Positions 42,952 through 53,890 of a stretch of 64,000 bases of DNA are shown here, one piece after another. The position numbers and the translations under genes are program-made. How positions within the stretch are numbered: position 1 is the first letter of the stretch; every line of letters begins with the position of its first letter. The stretch is from an uncultured Gammaproteobacteria bacterium (GTDB taxonomy: Bacteria; Pseudomonadota; Gammaproteobacteria; Magnimaribacterales; D2472): the NCBI GenBank assembly GCA_964417685.1, contig CAYQIT010000002.1:1593-65592 (forward strand), given 5' to 3'. The notes under the pieces are model-generated. The model was not told where the DNA came from. It searched no databases and saw only the letters and a list, made by a program, of their open reading frames with translations.

Positions 42952-44874
42952 ATGTCAAAAATTATTGGAATTGATCTAGGAACCACAAATAGTTGTGTTG
43001 CTGTAATAGAGGGCCAACAACAGAAAGTTATTGAAAATGCTGAGGGAGGGAGAACAACTCCATCAGTTATTGCATATACAGATCAAGACGAAGTTCTTGT
43101 TGGAATGCCAGCTAAAAGACAATCAGTAACAAATCCTGAAAACACCTTATATGCTATTAAAAGGCTTATTGGTAGAACATTTGATGATAATGTTGTCAAA
43201 AAAGATGCTGACATGGTGCCTTATAAAATTATAAAAGCTGATAATGGCGATGCTTGGGTTGAAGCATCTAATAAAAAATTAGCTCCACCTCAAGTAGCTG
43301 CTGAAGTATTGAAAAAAATGAAGAAAACAGCTGAAGATTATTTAGGCCATGATGTAAAAGAAGCTGTGATTACAGTTCCAGCATATTTTAATGATGCACA
43401 GAGACAGGCAACAAAAGACGCTGGAAAAATAGCTGGCCTTGATGTCAAAAGAATTATAAACGAACCGACAGCTGCAGCATTAGCTTATGGTTTAGATAAG
43501 CATAAGGGTGATTCTACTGTTGCTGTATATGATCTTGGTGGGGGAACATTCGATATATCAATCATCGAAATATCTGATGTCGATGGAGAGCATCAGTTTG
43601 AGGTACTTTCAACAAATGGAGATACGTTCTTAGGAGGTGAAGATTTTGATCTAAGGCTAATAGATTATTTTGTTGATCAGTTTAAACAAGAATCTGGATT
43701 TGACTTGAAAAGTGATCCTCTTGCCTTGCAGAGACTAAAAGAAGCTGCTGAAAAAGCGAAAATTGAACTATCATCATCTGATCAGACTGAAGTTAATCTT
43801 CCCTATATTACCGCAGACAGTTCTGGCCCAAAACATTTTGTCCACAAGATCACTAGAGCAAAATTAGAGTCTTTGGTTGAAGATTTGGTCGATAAAAGTT
43901 TAGAGCCATTAAAATTAGCTTTAACAGATGCAAAGATAGAAAAATCTGAAATATCTGAGATTTTGCTAGTTGGCGGACAAACTAGAATGCCGTTGGTGCA
44001 AAAGAAAGTTGCAGAATTTTTTGGCAAAGAAGCAAGAAAAGATTTAAACCCTGATGAAGCTGTAGCTGTTGGAGCTGCAATTCAAGGGTCTGTTTTATCT
44101 GGAGATACAACAGATGTTCTTCTTTTGGACGTGACACCACTCACTCTTGGAATTGAAACTCTTGGCGGCGTTTCAACTCCTCTTATTGAGAAGAATACAA
44201 CAATCCCAACTCAAAAATCACAGACTTTTTCTACTGCTGAAGACAACCAAACGGCTGTTACAGTGCATGTTATTCAAGGTGAAAGAACACAAGCATCACA
44301 AAATAAATCCCTTGGTCAATTTAACTTAACTGATATACCGCCTGCACAAAGAGGCACACCTCAGATAGAAGTTTCATTTGATTTAGACGCTAATGGAATT
44401 TTAAATGTATCAGCAAAAGATAAGAATACTGGAAAAGAGCAATCAATTGTTATCAAAGCGTCAAGTGGCTTATCAGATGAAGATATTGAGAAAATGGTCA
44501 AGGATGCAGAAGCTAATGCCGAAGATGATAAGAAATTTGAAGAATTAGTAAAGACTAAAAATAATGCAGACATGTTGGTTCATGCTACAAGGAAAACAAT
44601 TTCAGAATCAGGCGATAAATTGACTGATGAAGAAAAAGACCAGGTAGAAAACGCTGTTAAGTCATTGGAAGAAGCCATTAAGAGTGAAAATGTTGAGTCT
44701 ATTGAAACATCAACAAAAGAACTCAATGATGTTTTAACACCACTTACACAAAAGCTTTATACGCCAGATGAAGGTGCGACTGCATCAGATTCAGAAGGAG
44801 ATGCTTCATCAGATGAGGCGGGTGATAATACCGTTGACGCAGAATTCGAAGAAGTTAAAGAAGAAGACAAATAA
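42952..44874 (+). CDS. dnaK: Chaperone DnaK
   Basis: [33 protein letters not shown] tail. Confidence 0.99.
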   Translation: MSKIIGIDLGTTNSCVAVIEGQQQKVIENAEGGRTTPSVIAYTDQDEVLVGMPAKRQSVTNPENTLYAIKRLIGRTFDDNVVKKDADMVPYKIIKADNGDAWVEASNKKLAPPQVAAEVLKKMKKTAEDYLGHDVKEAVITVPAYFNDAQRQATKDAGKIAGLDVKRIINEPTAAALAYGLDKHKGDSTVAVYDLGGGTFDISIIEISDVDGEHQFEVLSTNGDTFLGGEDFDLRLIDYFVDQFKQESGFDLKSDPLALQRLKEAAEKAKIELSSSDQTEVNLPYITADSSGPKHFVHKITRAKLESLVEDLVDKSLEPLKLALTDAKIEKSEISEILLVGGQTRMPLVQKKVAEFFGKEARKDLNPDEAVAVGAAIQGSVLSGDTTDVLLLDVTPLTLGIETLGGVSTPLIEKNTTIPTQKSQTFSTAEDNQTAVTVHVIQGERTQASQNKSLGQFNLTDIPPAQRGTPQIEVSFDLDANGILNVSAKDKNTGKEQSIVIKASSGLSDEDIEKMVKDAEANAEDDKKFEELVKTKNNADMLVHATRKTISESGDKLTDEEKDQVENAVKSLEEAIKSENVESIETSTKELNDVLTPLTQKLYTPDEGATASDSEGDASSDEAGDNTVDAEFEEVKEEDK

Positions 44875-44877
44875 CTT

Positions 44878-45978
44878 ATGTCCAAAAGAGACTACTATGA
44901 AGTCTTAGGAGTCTCTAAGGGCACCTCAGGTCCAGAGTTAAAAAAAGCTTTCAAAAAGAAAGCTATGAAATTTCATCCTGATAGAAATCCTGATAATCCT
45001 GAAGCAGCAGAAAAATTTAAAGAAGCTGCTGAGGCATATGATGTTTTATCAGATTCTCAAAAAAAATCAGCATATGATCAATTTGGCCATTCTGGTGTTG
45101 ATGGAATGGGCGGTGGCGGACCTAATTTTAATGATATAAATGTCGGAGATATTTTTGGTGATATCTTTGGAGATGTTTTTGGAACTAGATCATCTTCTAG
45201 AAGACCGCAAAGAGGTCAGGATCTTCAATACAATATTGAATTAACTCTGAAAGAAGCAGTCCTAGGAGTTCAAAAGAAAATAAAAATTCCTTCTCATAGA
45301 GAATGTCCTGATTGTAATGGAAGTGGTGCAGCAAAAGGCTCTAGCCCAAGCACTTGCACGAATTGTAATGGCGCTGGGCAAGTAAGAATGCAACAAGGAT
45401 TTTTTTCGGTTCAACAAACTTGTTCAGTTTGCTCAGGGACCGGGCAGGTTATTAAAAATAAATGCAAAACATGTAGAGGTGTTGGAGCAATAAAAGATAA
45501 CAAAACCTTATCAGTAAACATTCCATCAGGTGTTGATAATGGAGACAAAGTTAGACTAAGTGGTGAGGGTGAGTGGAAAAAAGGCGGTCGGTCAGGAGAC
45601 TTATATGTAGCAATAAGAATTGCTGAAAACCCAATTTTTCAAAGAGATGGAAGAGATTTATATATTGATGTTCCCATATCATTCGAAACTTCAATTGTTG
45701 GCGGCTCTATTAAAGTCCCAACACTTGAAAATTTTATATCTCTCAAAATTCCTGCTCAAACCCAGACAGGTAAAGTATTTAGAATAAGAAATAAAGGTGC
45801 ATCCATAGTAAGAGATAGCAGAAGAGGAGATATTCTATACAGGGTAATAGTAGAAACTCCATCTAGCTTAAATAGAAAACAACTAAAGCTTCTTAGTCAG
45901 TTCACATCTAGCCTCGATGAAAATAATTACCCAGGGACAGACTCGTTCAATAAAATTTCATCAAATTTAAATGATTAA
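44878..45978 (+). CDS. dnaJ: Chaperone DnaJ
   Basis: J domain with HPD; four CxxCxGxG repeats. Confidence 0.99.
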   Translation: MSKRDYYEVLGVSKGTSGPELKKAFKKKAMKFHPDRNPDNPEAAEKFKEAAEAYDVLSDSQKKSAYDQFGHSGVDGMGGGGPNFNDINVGDIFGDIFGDVFGTRSSSRRPQRGQDLQYNIELTLKEAVLGVQKKIKIPSHRECPDCNGSGAAKGSSPSTCTNCNGAGQVRMQQGFFSVQQTCSVCSGTGQVIKNKCKTCRGVGAIKDNKTLSVNIPSGVDNGDKVRLSGEGEWKKGGRSGDLYVAIRIAENPIFQRDGRDLYIDVPISFETSIVGGSIKVPTLENFISLKIPAQTQTGKVFRIRNKGASIVRDSRRGDILYRVIVETPSSLNRKQLKLLSQFTSSLDENNYPGTDSFNKISSNLND

Positions 45979-46627
45979 CCTCTACTTAAACGGAGCTTCT
46001 GGAAGAATGGGGGTCGCTGTTAAAAGTATTATTTCAGAAACCAATGATTTTAATTTGCTTGATAAGGATTTATCTGATGAGCATGACTGTATTATAGATT
46101 TCTCTAGACCAGATTCATGTATCAATCTAATACTAGAACGTAAAAATAAGAAAATTTTAACTCCATTAATTATTGGAACTACCGGATTTAATGAGCAACA
46201 ACTAGGAGTAATTGAGGAGGCTGCAAAATTTTCCCCAATTCTTTTATCTTTTAATATGAGTCAAGGGATATCTAATTTAAAAAAAGGAATTAAGAAAATT
46301 ATCAAAGATTTAAATAGCTCAACTATATGCACTATAAATGATTATCACCATGTTAATAAAGTTGATGCACCTTCTGGCACAGCTATAGAGTTAAAAAATT
46401 TTATAGAAGAAAAAGATAAAAATAAATTTATTGAGTCAATAGAAATTAAGTCTTTCAGAGAAGGCGATTTCTTTGGCATACATGAGGTAGATTTTAAAAG
46501 TAACGAAAATCATGTAACTTTAAAACATAAGGCATTATCTAGACTGATATTTGCAGATGGGGCATTGCGGGCCGCTAAGAAAATTATCAATAAAAATCCA
46601 GGATTATATAATTTAGAGTCAATTTAA
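45971..46627 (+). CDS. dapB: 4-hydroxy-tetrahydrodipicolinate reductase (compact, 218 aa)
   Basis: GASGRMG, IIDFS, IGTTG, HHVNKVDAPSGTA, FADGAL. Confidence 0.93.
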   Translation: MINLYLNGASGRMGVAVKSIISETNDFNLLDKDLSDEHDCIIDFSRPDSCINLILERKNKKILTPLIIGTTGFNEQQLGVIEEAAKFSPILLSFNMSQGISNLKKGIKKIIKDLNSSTICTINDYHHVNKVDAPSGTAIELKNFIEEKDKNKFIESIEIKSFREGDFFGIHEVDFKSNENHVTLKHKALSRLIFADGALRAAKKIINKNPGLYNLESI

Positions 46628-46692
46628 AATTAAATGATAATTTCCTTTTAAATCAACAATAACTTATATAAAATACTCGAACTTTAATCACG

Positions 46693-46760
46693 AAGACCTT
46701 ACAAAGATATTGCTTGGGTGCTCAATGAGTTGGCAATACAAAGGTTGGAGAATTTAACCC
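46693..46760 (+). ncRNA. rpsB (S2/t44-type) leader
   Basis: Nested stems ACCT/AGGT, TATTGC/GCAATA, CTC/GAG with GGGTG internal loop and downstream GGAG...AACCC, the layout of the gammaproteobacterial rpsB 5' UTR. Confidence 0.75.
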
Positions 46761-46774
46761 TAAGGAGAATGAAA

Positions 46775-47689
46775 ATGAGCGTTGTTTCAATAAAAGACCT
46801 GCTTCATGCAGGAGTCCATTTTGGTCATCAAAAAAGATTCTGGAATCCAAAAATGGATAAGTATATTTTTGATACTAGAAAAAAAATCAACATTATAGAT
46901 CTTGAGTTAACACAAGAACATTTGAGTGCAGCTGCTTCTAAGGCAGAAGACATTTGTTCTAAAGGTAACAAAATTTTATTCGTAGGAACAAAGAGATCTG
47001 CAAGTAAAACTATCAAAGAAGAGGCATCTAGGCTTGATTTGCCATATGTAGATAAAAGATGGCTTGGTGGAACACTTACTAATTGGAAAACAATTAGAGG
47101 ATCAATTAGAAGGTTACAGGATATTGAAGAAATGATTTCTTCAGGAAGAATTGAAAAGCTAATCAAAAAAGAGGCTGTTGAGATTCAAAAAGAATATGTA
47201 AAACTCCAAGCAAGCGTTGGTGGTATTAAGGATATGAAAGGCCTTCCAGATGCAATTTTTGTCATTGATGTTAAATACGAAAAAATTGCAGTATTAGAGG
47301 CAAAAAAAATGGGCATCCCAGTAATGGCTCTTGTTGATACCAACTCTAATCCAGATGGAATAGATACTGTTATACCTGGAAATGATGATGCTATAAGATC
47401 TATTAGATTAATCACTAAGATTATCGCAGATGCGTGTGAGAGAGGTCTCGAATCTTCTAAGGGCTTTGTAGCAAAATCTGAATCTAGCACTCCAATAATT
47501 CAAAAAGCAAAAAAAGACGAAGTCAAAACTGAAGAAGTTGTTGAGAATATAGAAGAAGTTAAGGAAGAAGCCAAAGAAGTCTCAGAAACTTCTAGTGAAA
47601 ATGTTGAAGAAACAGAAGTTAAAACTAATGAGGTTGAGAGTGATGCAGAATTAATCGAAACTGAAGAAGAAAATAAAGAGGAAAATTAA
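46775..47689 (+). CDS. rpsB: 30S ribosomal protein S2 with acidic C-terminal tail (start at ATG 46775 after AAGGAG)
   Basis: [29 protein letters not shown]. Confidence 0.98.
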   Translation: MSVVSIKDLLHAGVHFGHQKRFWNPKMDKYIFDTRKKINIIDLELTQEHLSAAASKAEDICSKGNKILFVGTKRSASKTIKEEASRLDLPYVDKRWLGGTLTNWKTIRGSIRRLQDIEEMISSGRIEKLIKKEAVEIQKEYVKLQASVGGIKDMKGLPDAIFVIDVKYEKIAVLEAKKMGIPVMALVDTNSNPDGIDTVIPGNDDAIRSIRLITKIIADACERGLESSKGFVAKSESSTPIIQKAKKDEVKTEEVVENIEEVKEEAKEVSETSSENVEETEVKTNEVESDAELIETEEENKEEN

Positions 47690-47690
47690 G

Positions 47691-48548
47691 ATGGAAATTA
47701 CAGCAGCCTTAGTAAAGCAACTTAGAGATATGTCTGGTGTTGCTATGATGGATTGTAAGAAAGCTCTCGTGGAGTGTGAGGGTAATCTTGATAATGCATT
47801 AGATTTATTAAGATCAAATAGTGCTTTGAAAGCAGAAAAGAAAGCGTCAAGAGTGGCAGCAGATGGAGTGCTAAAAGCTTATATTGGAGATGAATACTCC
47901 ACGATCGTAGAAATTAATTCTGAAACTGACTTTGCTGCAAAAGATTCTAAGTTTATTGAATTCACCAATGAAGTTGCTGATTTCATAACATCAAATAAAG
48001 TAGAGGACATCACTGTTTTACATGAATCAGAAATTGAATCTAAAAGAAAAGCCTTAGTGCAAGCAATTGGTGAGAATATTCAAGTAAGAAGATTAGAGAC
48101 TTTAACCTATTCAAACAATTTAAATACAGGTTTGTACATTCACTCTGACTCAAAACTTGCTACTGTTGTTGTTTTAGATGGTGGTAATGATGACCTTGCA
48201 AAGGATATTGCCATGCATGTTGCTGCAACTAATCCAATTTGCTTATCTTCTGATCAAATTGATCAAGATGTCTTGGAAAGAGAGAAAGCAATTTATCTAA
48301 CACAAGCCAAAGAATCAGGAAAACCTCAAGAAATCATGGATAAGATGGTAGAAGGTAAATTAAAGAGATTTTTATCAGAGGTTTCTCTAGTTTCTCAAGC
48401 CTTTGTTAAAGATCCTGACACAACCATTGAAGCATTACTCAATAGCAATAATGCAACAATCCAAGCCTATTCAAGACTAAAAGTTGGAGAGGGTATAGAA
48501 GTAGAGACTAAAAATTTTGCTGATGAGGTTGCAGAACAGTTAAAATAA
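47691..48548 (+). CDS. tsf: Elongation factor Ts
   Basis: [24 protein letters not shown]. Confidence 0.99.
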   Translation: MEITAALVKQLRDMSGVAMMDCKKALVECEGNLDNALDLLRSNSALKAEKKASRVAADGVLKAYIGDEYSTIVEINSETDFAAKDSKFIEFTNEVADFITSNKVEDITVLHESEIESKRKALVQAIGENIQVRRLETLTYSNNLNTGLYIHSDSKLATVVVLDGGNDDLAKDIAMHVAATNPICLSSDQIDQDVLEREKAIYLTQAKESGKPQEIMDKMVEGKLKRFLSEVSLVSQAFVKDPDTTIEALLNSNNATIQAYSRLKVGEGIEVETKNFADEVAEQLK

Positions 48549-48552
48549 TTCG

Positions 48553-49266
48553 ATGTCTGAATTAATTTACAAAAGAGTTCTCGTGAAATTTAGCGGGGAG
48601 TCTGTTGCTGGTCAAGATGAGCATGGTATTGATCCAGCTATATTGGATCAAATGGCAGATTCAGTAAAAACGTGTATAAAACTAGGTGCCCAAATTGGAG
48701 TTGTAATTGGCGGCGGCAATTTATTTAGAGGTGAAAAGCTTAATAAAGCTGGAATGGATAGAGTAGCTGGCGATCATATGGGTATGTTGGCTACAGTCAT
48801 GAACGGTATAGCTTTTAGAGATGCTTTGGAAAGAGCTGGAATTAAAACAAGAGTAATGTCAGCAATTGCTATGCCCGGAATAGTTGAGCACTATGACAGA
48901 AGGCTAGCAATCCAATTACTTAATGATGGTTTTGTTGTTATTTTTACCGCAGGAACAGGAAATCCATTTTTTACAACTGATACCGCTGGATGTCTTAGAG
49001 CTATTGAAACTCAGTCTGAAATAATGCTTAAAGCTACTAGAGTAGATGGTGTTTACGATTCTGATCCAGAATTAAATGAAAATGCAGTTTTATTTGATAA
49101 ATTAACTTTTGATGATGCTATTACTAAAAACTTAAAAGTAATGGATGCTACAGCTCTTACTTTAGCTAGAGACCATCAGTTACCAATGAAGGTTTTTAAT
49201 GTAAATGCAGATGAAGCTTTAAAAAATATCATTTGTGGCGAAAATATAGGTACACTTATATCTTAA
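48553..49266 (+). CDS. pyrH: UMP kinase
   Basis: [23 protein letters not shown]. Confidence 0.99.
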   Translation: MSELIYKRVLVKFSGESVAGQDEHGIDPAILDQMADSVKTCIKLGAQIGVVIGGGNLFRGEKLNKAGMDRVAGDHMGMLATVMNGIAFRDALERAGIKTRVMSAIAMPGIVEHYDRRLAIQLLNDGFVVIFTAGTGNPFFTTDTAGCLRAIETQSEIMLKATRVDGVYDSDPELNENAVLFDKLTFDDAITKNLKVMDATALTLARDHQLPMKVFNVNADEALKNIICGENIGTLIS

Positions 49267-49267
49267 T

Positions 49268-49822
49268 ATGGAAGAATTAATAAATAACACTTCTAAGCGA
49301 ATGGAGAAATCTCTTAGTTCGCTTTCTTCAGCTTTCAACAAGATTCGAACAGGGAGAGCAAATCCTGCTTTATTAGATGATGTTAAAATTGATTACTATG
49401 GCAACCCAACCCCTCTTAATCAGGCTGCTAATATTAGTGTTGAAGAGGGAAGATCATTAGTAATTTCTCCGTGGGATAAAAGCTTAATTCCTGAAGTTGA
49501 GAAAGCCATTCTTAATTCTAACCTTGGCCTTAATCCAAGCACATCTAGTGATTTGATAAGAGTTACTATGCCTTCATTGACCGAAGAAACAAGACAAGAT
49601 TACATAAAGCAAGCTAGGTCGGAGGCAGAGAATGCAAGAATATCAATAAGGAATATTCGAAGAGATTCAAATACATCTGCAAAAGAAGAGCAGAATAATG
49701 GAGACATTTCAGAGGATGACCTCAGAAGAATTGAAGATAGAGTTCAAAAAGAAACAGATAAATATATTTCACTTGTTGATGAAGAGTTAAAGGCAAAAGA
49801 AGCAGACCTTTTAGAAATATAA
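49268..49822 (+). CDS. frr: Ribosome recycling factor
   Basis: IRTGRANP, LTEETR, RNIRRD. Confidence 0.99.
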   Translation: MEELINNTSKRMEKSLSSLSSAFNKIRTGRANPALLDDVKIDYYGNPTPLNQAANISVEEGRSLVISPWDKSLIPEVEKAILNSNLGLNPSTSSDLIRVTMPSLTEETRQDYIKQARSEAENARISIRNIRRDSNTSAKEEQNNGDISEDDLRRIEDRVQKETDKYISLVDEELKAKEADLLEI

Positions 49823-49830
49823 TAAGCCTT

Positions 49831-50559
49831 ATGGCTAAAACCCTTAAACTAAGCCAATCTAACCAACTTAAAAATGTTGCTATTATTATGGATGGTAATG
49901 GTAGATGGGCGAAATCAAATGCACTTCAGGTCAGCAGGGGTCATGAAAAAGGAGTTGCAGTTGTAAAGGATATTGTTGAAGAATCTATAAATCAAGGTAT
50001 AGAGTCTCTTACATTATATGCCTTTAGTTCTGAAAACTGGGGCAGGCCACCACAAGAAATAAATTCAATTAAAAAACTAATATTAAAAGCTATTGATGAT
50101 CAAGTTCCGGATCTAATTGAGCAAGAGGTATCTTTAAGTTTCTTTGGTGAGCTGGATAAATTTGGAAAAAATATTTTAGAAAGAATAGAATTTGCTCAAA
50201 AGTCTACAAAATTTGAAAAATCTAACTTGAGACTAAATATAGCGTTGGGTTATGGCGGACAACAAGATATATTAAATATAGTTAAAAAAGCTTCAAAAGA
50301 TATTCAGAATAATATAATTTCAATTGATGAAATCAATCATGATTATATTCTGAAAAAATCATTAGTTCCCGAAAGCGAGATTGATCTATTAATAAGAACG
50401 GGCGGAGACAATAGAGTCAGCAATTTCCTTTTATACCAAATAGCTTATTCTGAGATAATGTTTACCAATGAATATTGGCCAGATTTTTCAAAACAGAAAT
50501 ATCAAGAATTAATAACTAAATTTAAAAAAGTGAGTAGACGTTTTGGAAAAAGAATTTAA
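49831..50559 (+). CDS. uppS: Undecaprenyl diphosphate synthase
   Basis: IIMDGNGRWA, YAFSSENW, IRTGG..RVSNF, RRFG. Confidence 0.98.
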   Translation: MAKTLKLSQSNQLKNVAIIMDGNGRWAKSNALQVSRGHEKGVAVVKDIVEESINQGIESLTLYAFSSENWGRPPQEINSIKKLILKAIDDQVPDLIEQEVSLSFFGELDKFGKNILERIEFAQKSTKFEKSNLRLNIALGYGGQQDILNIVKKASKDIQNNIISIDEINHDYILKKSLVPESEIDLLIRTGGDNRVSNFLLYQIAYSEIMFTNEYWPDFSKQKYQELITKFKKVSRRFGKRI

Positions 50560-51361
50560 ATCAAATTTTTTAACTAGAAGCATTACTGCAGTATTGTTAA
50601 CACTCCCAATTGTTGGAATTGTTTACTTTGAAAATACATATATTCTTCTTACGTCTGTATTTTTGCTTTTATATGCATCAAATACAGAGTGGCTAAATAA
50701 CTCTAATAATCAAATTCTATTTGGTAAAGTACTATTTCTGATATTACTTTTTAGTTATCTTTTTGCTTCAGTAAATCTAATCCAATTAACAATCCTGATT
50801 TCAGTTTTATTTTGGTTGGTCTTTAGCATATATCTAGTTTTAGGTAAAACCTCCAAGCTATCTTTAGTTAGTTTTGATAATATTTATATAAGGTTTCTAA
50901 CCCTCTTGTCATTTTATTCTTGTTCACTCTATCTAGTGAAAGTAACCGACATTTTTGTATTTTCAAATTTCATTTTATTTTTTATATTAATTATTAATTC
51001 AGCAATATCTGATAGTTCTGCATATTTGGTGGGATCCTCAATAGGAAATACCCCATTATTTCAAGATATTAGTCCAAATAAATCCTTAGAAGGTTTCTTA
51101 GGAGGCCTTGGGGGGTGTTTTCTTTTTGGTGCTGGTATTTATTATATATTTGAGATTCCTGCAACATTCATTATTGTTCTTGTTATCGGGTCGTTTTTTG
51201 CATTTGTTGGAGATTACTTTTTTAGTTTCTTAAAAAGAAAATCTGGAATTAAGGATACTGGTAATATTCTCCCTGGCCATGGAGGTCTATTAGATAGAAT
51301 TGACTCTCATCTATCATCATTTCCAGTACTGATTTTCCTAATTATATTGCTATACACATGA
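50543..51361 (+). CDS. cdsA: Phosphatidate cytidylyltransferase
   Basis: DSSAY, ISPNKSLEG, KDTGNILPGHGGLLDRID. Confidence 0.96.
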   Translation: MEKEFKSNFLTRSITAVLLTLPIVGIVYFENTYILLTSVFLLLYASNTEWLNNSNNQILFGKVLFLILLFSYLFASVNLIQLTILISVLFWLVFSIYLVLGKTSKLSLVSFDNIYIRFLTLLSFYSCSLYLVKVTDIFVFSNFILFFILIINSAISDSSAYLVGSSIGNTPLFQDISPNKSLEGFLGGLGGCFLFGAGIYYIFEIPATFIIVLVIGSFFAFVGDYFFSFLKRKSGIKDTGNILPGHGGLLDRIDSHLSSFPVLIFLIILLYT

Positions 51362-52512
51362 AAAATATTTTAATACTAGGGTGCACCGGAAGTGTTGGCG
51401 AAAGCACTCTAAAGGTTATTGAAGAAAATAGGGATAGTTTTAGGTTAATAGGCATGTCTTTTCATAGCAATTCTGCAAGAGCTATAGAAATTATTGAAGA
51501 ACACGCACCTGATTTTGTCTATACCAACATAGAAGACTCAAAAACTGCTATTAAAGATATGTCAAAAACATCGTTTGAAATTCTTTCTGGATCAAATGAC
51601 TTAGAGAAACTATTAACCATAGATAATGTAGATATTATAATATCGGCAATCTCAGGTTTTGCTGGCCTTGAAGCAACTATATTAGCTGCAAAAACTGGTA
51701 AAAGAATATTACTTGCAAATAAAGAAAGTATCGTTGTTGCCGGTGATCTCTTAATACCCCTTGCAAAAGAGCATAAAACACAAATCATTCCGATAGATAG
51801 TGAACATAATGCTATTCATCAGTGTTTATTGTCATGCACAGATTCTAATGATATTTCTGATATTGTTATTACTGCTTCCGGAGGGCCTTTTCTCAATCAT
51901 TCGCTTGATGAGCTGTCAACGGTATCCATAAAACAGGCTTTAGCACATCCCAATTGGTCAATGGGATCTAAAATATCTATTGATTCGGCGACACTTGTAA
52001 ATAAGTGTCTCGAGTTAATTGAGGCAAAATATCTTTTTAATCTAGATGAGTCAAAATTTAGTTTAATTGTTCACCCTCAAAGTATCATTCATTCAATTGT
52101 TACTTTCAAAGATGGCTCAAGCATTTCTCAGATGAGCAACCCAGATATGAGAGTTCCTATAGCAAATGCATTATCTTTCGACAGAAAAGTCCCTTTTAAA
52201 TTTAAGCCGTTAGATTTTAGTGGAATGAGACTAGATTTTTTACCTTTTCCTGATGATAGAATTTTTCTTGAGGAAATGGCAAGAACTGTCTGTAGTGATG
52301 GAGGGTTGCTTGGAACAATTTTTAATGCTGCCAATGAGGTTGCTGTGGCTTCATTTTTGAAAGAAGAGATAAAGTTTTCTGATATTTATTCAGTTATAGA
52401 AAGAACTTTTGACACTAAATCTATGTCAAACAATATTGATCTTGAATCAATTTATGAAATGGATAAAGAAACACGCATACAGGCTAAGAAGGTGATAGAA
52501 TCACTACCTTAA
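51358..52512 (+). CDS. dxr: 1-deoxy-D-xylulose 5-phosphate reductoisomerase
   Basis: LGCTGSVG, LANKE, PIDSEH, TASGGPF, AANE. Confidence 0.98.
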   Translation: MKNILILGCTGSVGESTLKVIEENRDSFRLIGMSFHSNSARAIEIIEEHAPDFVYTNIEDSKTAIKDMSKTSFEILSGSNDLEKLLTIDNVDIIISAISGFAGLEATILAAKTGKRILLANKESIVVAGDLLIPLAKEHKTQIIPIDSEHNAIHQCLLSCTDSNDISDIVITASGGPFLNHSLDELSTVSIKQALAHPNWSMGSKISIDSATLVNKCLELIEAKYLFNLDESKFSLIVHPQSIIHSIVTFKDGSSISQMSNPDMRVPIANALSFDRKVPFKFKPLDFSGMRLDFLPFPDDRIFLEEMARTVCSDGGLLGTIFNAANEVAVASFLKEEIKFSDIYSVIERTFDTKSMSNNIDLESIYEMDKETRIQAKKVIESLP

Positions 52513-52524
52513 AATAACTTATTT

Positions 52525-53880
52525 ATGTCAACTTTAATATATATATCTTCTTTCTTGGTGCTTATAGGCATCTTGGTAACAATTCACGAATATGGACATT
52601 TCATTGTTGCAAGAATGTGTAAAGTGCATGTTCAAACATTCTCGCTAGGAATGGGGCCAATAATTTATAAGAAGAAAGATAAACATGGAACTGAGTTTGC
52701 TCTTTCTGCATTGCCTCTAGGCGGTTATGTATCAATGATTACTGATAAATTGATAGAAGTAGAGCCAGAAATAAAAAATGAATTAACGCCTGAGCAATTA
52801 AAGAATACTTTTGATTCAAAGCCCAAGTGGCAAAGAGCGTCAATTATGTTTGCAGGCCCTCTTGCTAATTTTATTCTTGCAATACTTGTTTTCAGTATTG
52901 TCTTTATGAACACAATTAATCCTAATAATGTAGCTACAGTAAAAACAATTTCCAGTGAAATTGAATTCCAATCTTCTAATGTAATTGTTGAAGGCGATGA
53001 AATAATAGGGATTAATTCTCAAGCTATATCTGATCCAAAAGATATTCCTTTAGAGCTTCTTTCATATGCTGGATACTCAGGTGAGATTGAAATTACTTTA
53101 AAGAACAGAGAAAGTGGTAACGAATATAACTCGTTTGTATTTGTAAATGATTTTCTTGGTACCTCAGAGCTGCAAAAAGACCCAATTTCATCTTTGGGAA
53201 TTGAATTGGAATATAAGAATCTTGCAATTATTGGAAAAGTTTCAACAGATAGTCCTGCTTATATTGCAGGAATTAGAAGTGGTGATTTGATAACTAACAT
53301 AGATTCCAACAAAATTAATTATATCCAAGACATAAACAATCTGATTAAAGATAAACCTGGAGGACTTATAAATCTGACCGTTGAAAGAGATGGCGAATCA
53401 ATTTTTAAACAGATTCAGCTTAGCTCTATAGAAGATGCAGAAGGTCAGCTAATCGGTTCTCTTGGCGTTCAGTTTGGTACTTCAAGGGGGTTTTTAAGTT
53501 CTTTAGCCAAAGGAGCATATGAAACTTATAATCTAAGTCTAAAAACTCTTCAATTTATTGGAAAAATGCTTACAGGTAATATGGGGGCCGAAAACCTCTC
53601 TGGGCCAATTGGTATTGCTCAGATGGCTGGGGATACTGCTAAAGCAGGCGTAATACCCTTTTTATATTTAATGGCGTTATTAAGTATTAGTTTAGGAGTT
53701 CTTAATTTATTACCATTGCCAGTTCTTGATGGAGGTCAATTAGTTTTGCTAGGAATTGAGGCTGTAAGGGGGAAACCACTGCCTGAAAAAGTCGAAAGTT
53801 ATGTTTTCACTGTAGGGGCAATTATGGTTGGGATGCTTATGATTTTTGCAGTTTTTAATGATATTTCTAGGTACATTTAA
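52525..53880 (+). CDS. rseP: RIP metalloprotease RseP
   Basis: HEYGH, AGPLAN, PDZ region, NLLPLPVLDGG. Confidence 0.97.
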   Translation: MSTLIYISSFLVLIGILVTIHEYGHFIVARMCKVHVQTFSLGMGPIIYKKKDKHGTEFALSALPLGGYVSMITDKLIEVEPEIKNELTPEQLKNTFDSKPKWQRASIMFAGPLANFILAILVFSIVFMNTINPNNVATVKTISSEIEFQSSNVIVEGDEIIGINSQAISDPKDIPLELLSYAGYSGEIEITLKNRESGNEYNSFVFVNDFLGTSELQKDPISSLGIELEYKNLAIIGKVSTDSPAYIAGIRSGDLITNIDSNKINYIQDINNLIKDKPGGLINLTVERDGESIFKQIQLSSIEDAEGQLIGSLGVQFGTSRGFLSSLAKGAYETYNLSLKTLQFIGKMLTGNMGAENLSGPIGIAQMAGDTAKAGVIPFLYLMALLSISLGVLNLLPLPVLDGGQLVLLGIEAVRGKPLPEKVESYVFTVGAIMVGMLMIFAVFNDISRYI

Positions 53881-53890
53881 ATAGTAAATT

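Noticed and set aside
46718-46774. N-terminal extension of S2 given by the ORF track
   Set aside because: It overlaps the structured S2 leader; the SD AAGGAG points to ATG 46775
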